A stretch of 30,722 nt of DNA, taken from assembly GCA_964016885.1 (NCBI GenBank), contig CAXHJY010000969.1, forward strand, positions 1 to 30,722. The letters are read 5' to 3'. The DNA comes from Eledone cirrhosa (taxonomy: Eukaryota). The stretch's first letter is position 1. Each line of letters starts with the position of its first letter. Below, piece by piece: positions 22,244-30,722 of this stretch. Position numbers and translations under genes: made by a program. The notes under the pieces were generated by a model. It saw nothing but the letters and a program-made list of their open reading frames with translations, ran no database searches and was not told the DNA's origin.

Positions 22244-22345
22244 GGGAGACATGATATGAAGGTTAAAAAACACTTGTGAATAGTGCAGTTTTAAATCAAC
22301 ATATCATTTAACCATCTTTTGATCTTATATTATTTATACTCCAGT

Positions 22346-22523
22346 GGATTGGCAGTATCGGTAGAGGGTCGGACGCCATGCTTTCCAGCATAGTTATGTC
22401 CCTTTACGATCTGAGTTCAAATCCCGCCGAGGTTGACTTTGCCTTTCATCCTTACGGGGTCGATAAAATAAAGTACCAGTAATGTACTGAGTATTTGCTG
22501 GCCTTATGCCTAAAGTAGAAACA
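22346..22523 (+). mobile_element. tRNA-type SINE, family A, with 17-bp target-site duplication
   Basis: TGGCAGTATCGG A-box-like and GAGTTCAAATCCC B-box; ATTATTTATACTCCAGT at 22329-22345 and 22524-22540. Confidence 0.9.
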
Positions 22524-22994
22524 ATTATTTATACTCCAGTCCTACAAACTGTAGAGTGTTACTTATCCGATATCTGCATTGCTTTATTGTACTACAATAA
22601 AACTCACCTCCTACATTATATATATATATATATAGAGAGAGGGGGGGGGGGGGGCACAAAACAAAGATAACAAGAAAAAAACGACAGTCAACTAAAAATC
22701 CTTATAGTTTCAGTTAATTAAAGTTAACACTATTCCAGTGTTCGTGGGACGGTACAAAATAAAACGGGGAGCTAGGAGAAATTGTGCCTTTCGTGGTGTG
22801 TGTGTGTGTATATAGTTGCTAATTACTGAGTTACTTATCCGTAAGCGTTGTGTTGCGACGTCTCAATGAAAAGCAGGCGTAAACAGATAAGAACACGCCA
22901 TGTCAGTCATATATAACCAGCAATAAGATGGCAATCAAACGCAAGAGCTTCTATGTATGAATTAACGTTAGATAGATGTTATATAAATGTATTT

Positions 22995-23088
22995 ATGGCA
23001 TAAAACGTATTTCAGTGACACCAGTGTGCAGCTGTTATGCAATCATTACAACAGCAACATATACCGGTGTGATATCATCAGATATTAA
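22995..23088 (-). ncRNA. Degenerate type I hammerhead with long helix II
   Basis: Minus strand: TAT-CTGATGA-TATC-ACACCGGT...GCTGTTGT...ATAACAGC...ACTGGTGT-CACT-GAAA-TACGTTTT-ATG. Helix I is only 3 bp. Confidence 0.55.
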
Positions 23089-23315
23089 CAACTATGTGAA
23101 AGAATTGATATGCTACATGCAAATACTTCCATGTTTGCAAAAGTCCAGTGAACATGACTTGCCAATTGTTTTTTCTTCCTTCGTTTTTTTATGTGGCATT
23201 GGTATCTATTTTCTCACTGGTGGATTCCGTCAACTCTAGGATACGTTGATTAATTTAAGTGTTGACATGTGGTTAGAATGTCTCAGGAAACAATCCTAAT
23301 ATTATATATTAATCC

Positions 23316-23363
<48 letters not shown>

Positions 23364-23459
23364 ACGAAGGAAATGTGGTAAGGAACCAGGTGGACCATAA
23401 CGCACCAAAGTACTCAATACTTAGAGTAGTAGAGTGGGTAATAGGAACAAGTAAGATGT

Positions 23460-30722
<7,263 letters not shown>

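Overview
AT-rich eukaryotic non-coding DNA; the repeat landscape looks cephalopod (Octopus-like), which is an inference. No host exon could be supported. The window opens with about 1.5 kb of interrupted (AT)n and ends with about 7.2 kb of compound (AT/AC)n, which explains all the long I/Y/M/C/V 'ORFs'. Between them is a mosaic of RTE-clade LINE fragments (one with an uninterrupted C-terminal frame, 14504-15178), several tRNA-type SINE families, TTAA-flanked piggyBac-like MITEs and a probable Tc1/pogo-like element. The main unannotated signal is a dispersed set of nine type I hammerhead ribozyme motifs (CUGANGA...GAAA...NUH), plus one decayed partner arm. Five have intact cores: 13996-14060 (+), 16193-16265 (-), 16742-16820 (+), 17622-17692 (+) and 22176-22243 (-). 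Several have short palindromic helix III, several sit in inverted-repeat pairs next to microsatellites, and several share an unusual U-U opposition at the base of helix II. This fits Penelope-like pseudo-LTR remnants or non-autonomous ribozyme-bearing retroelements. All folds were done by eye and no activity is shown.
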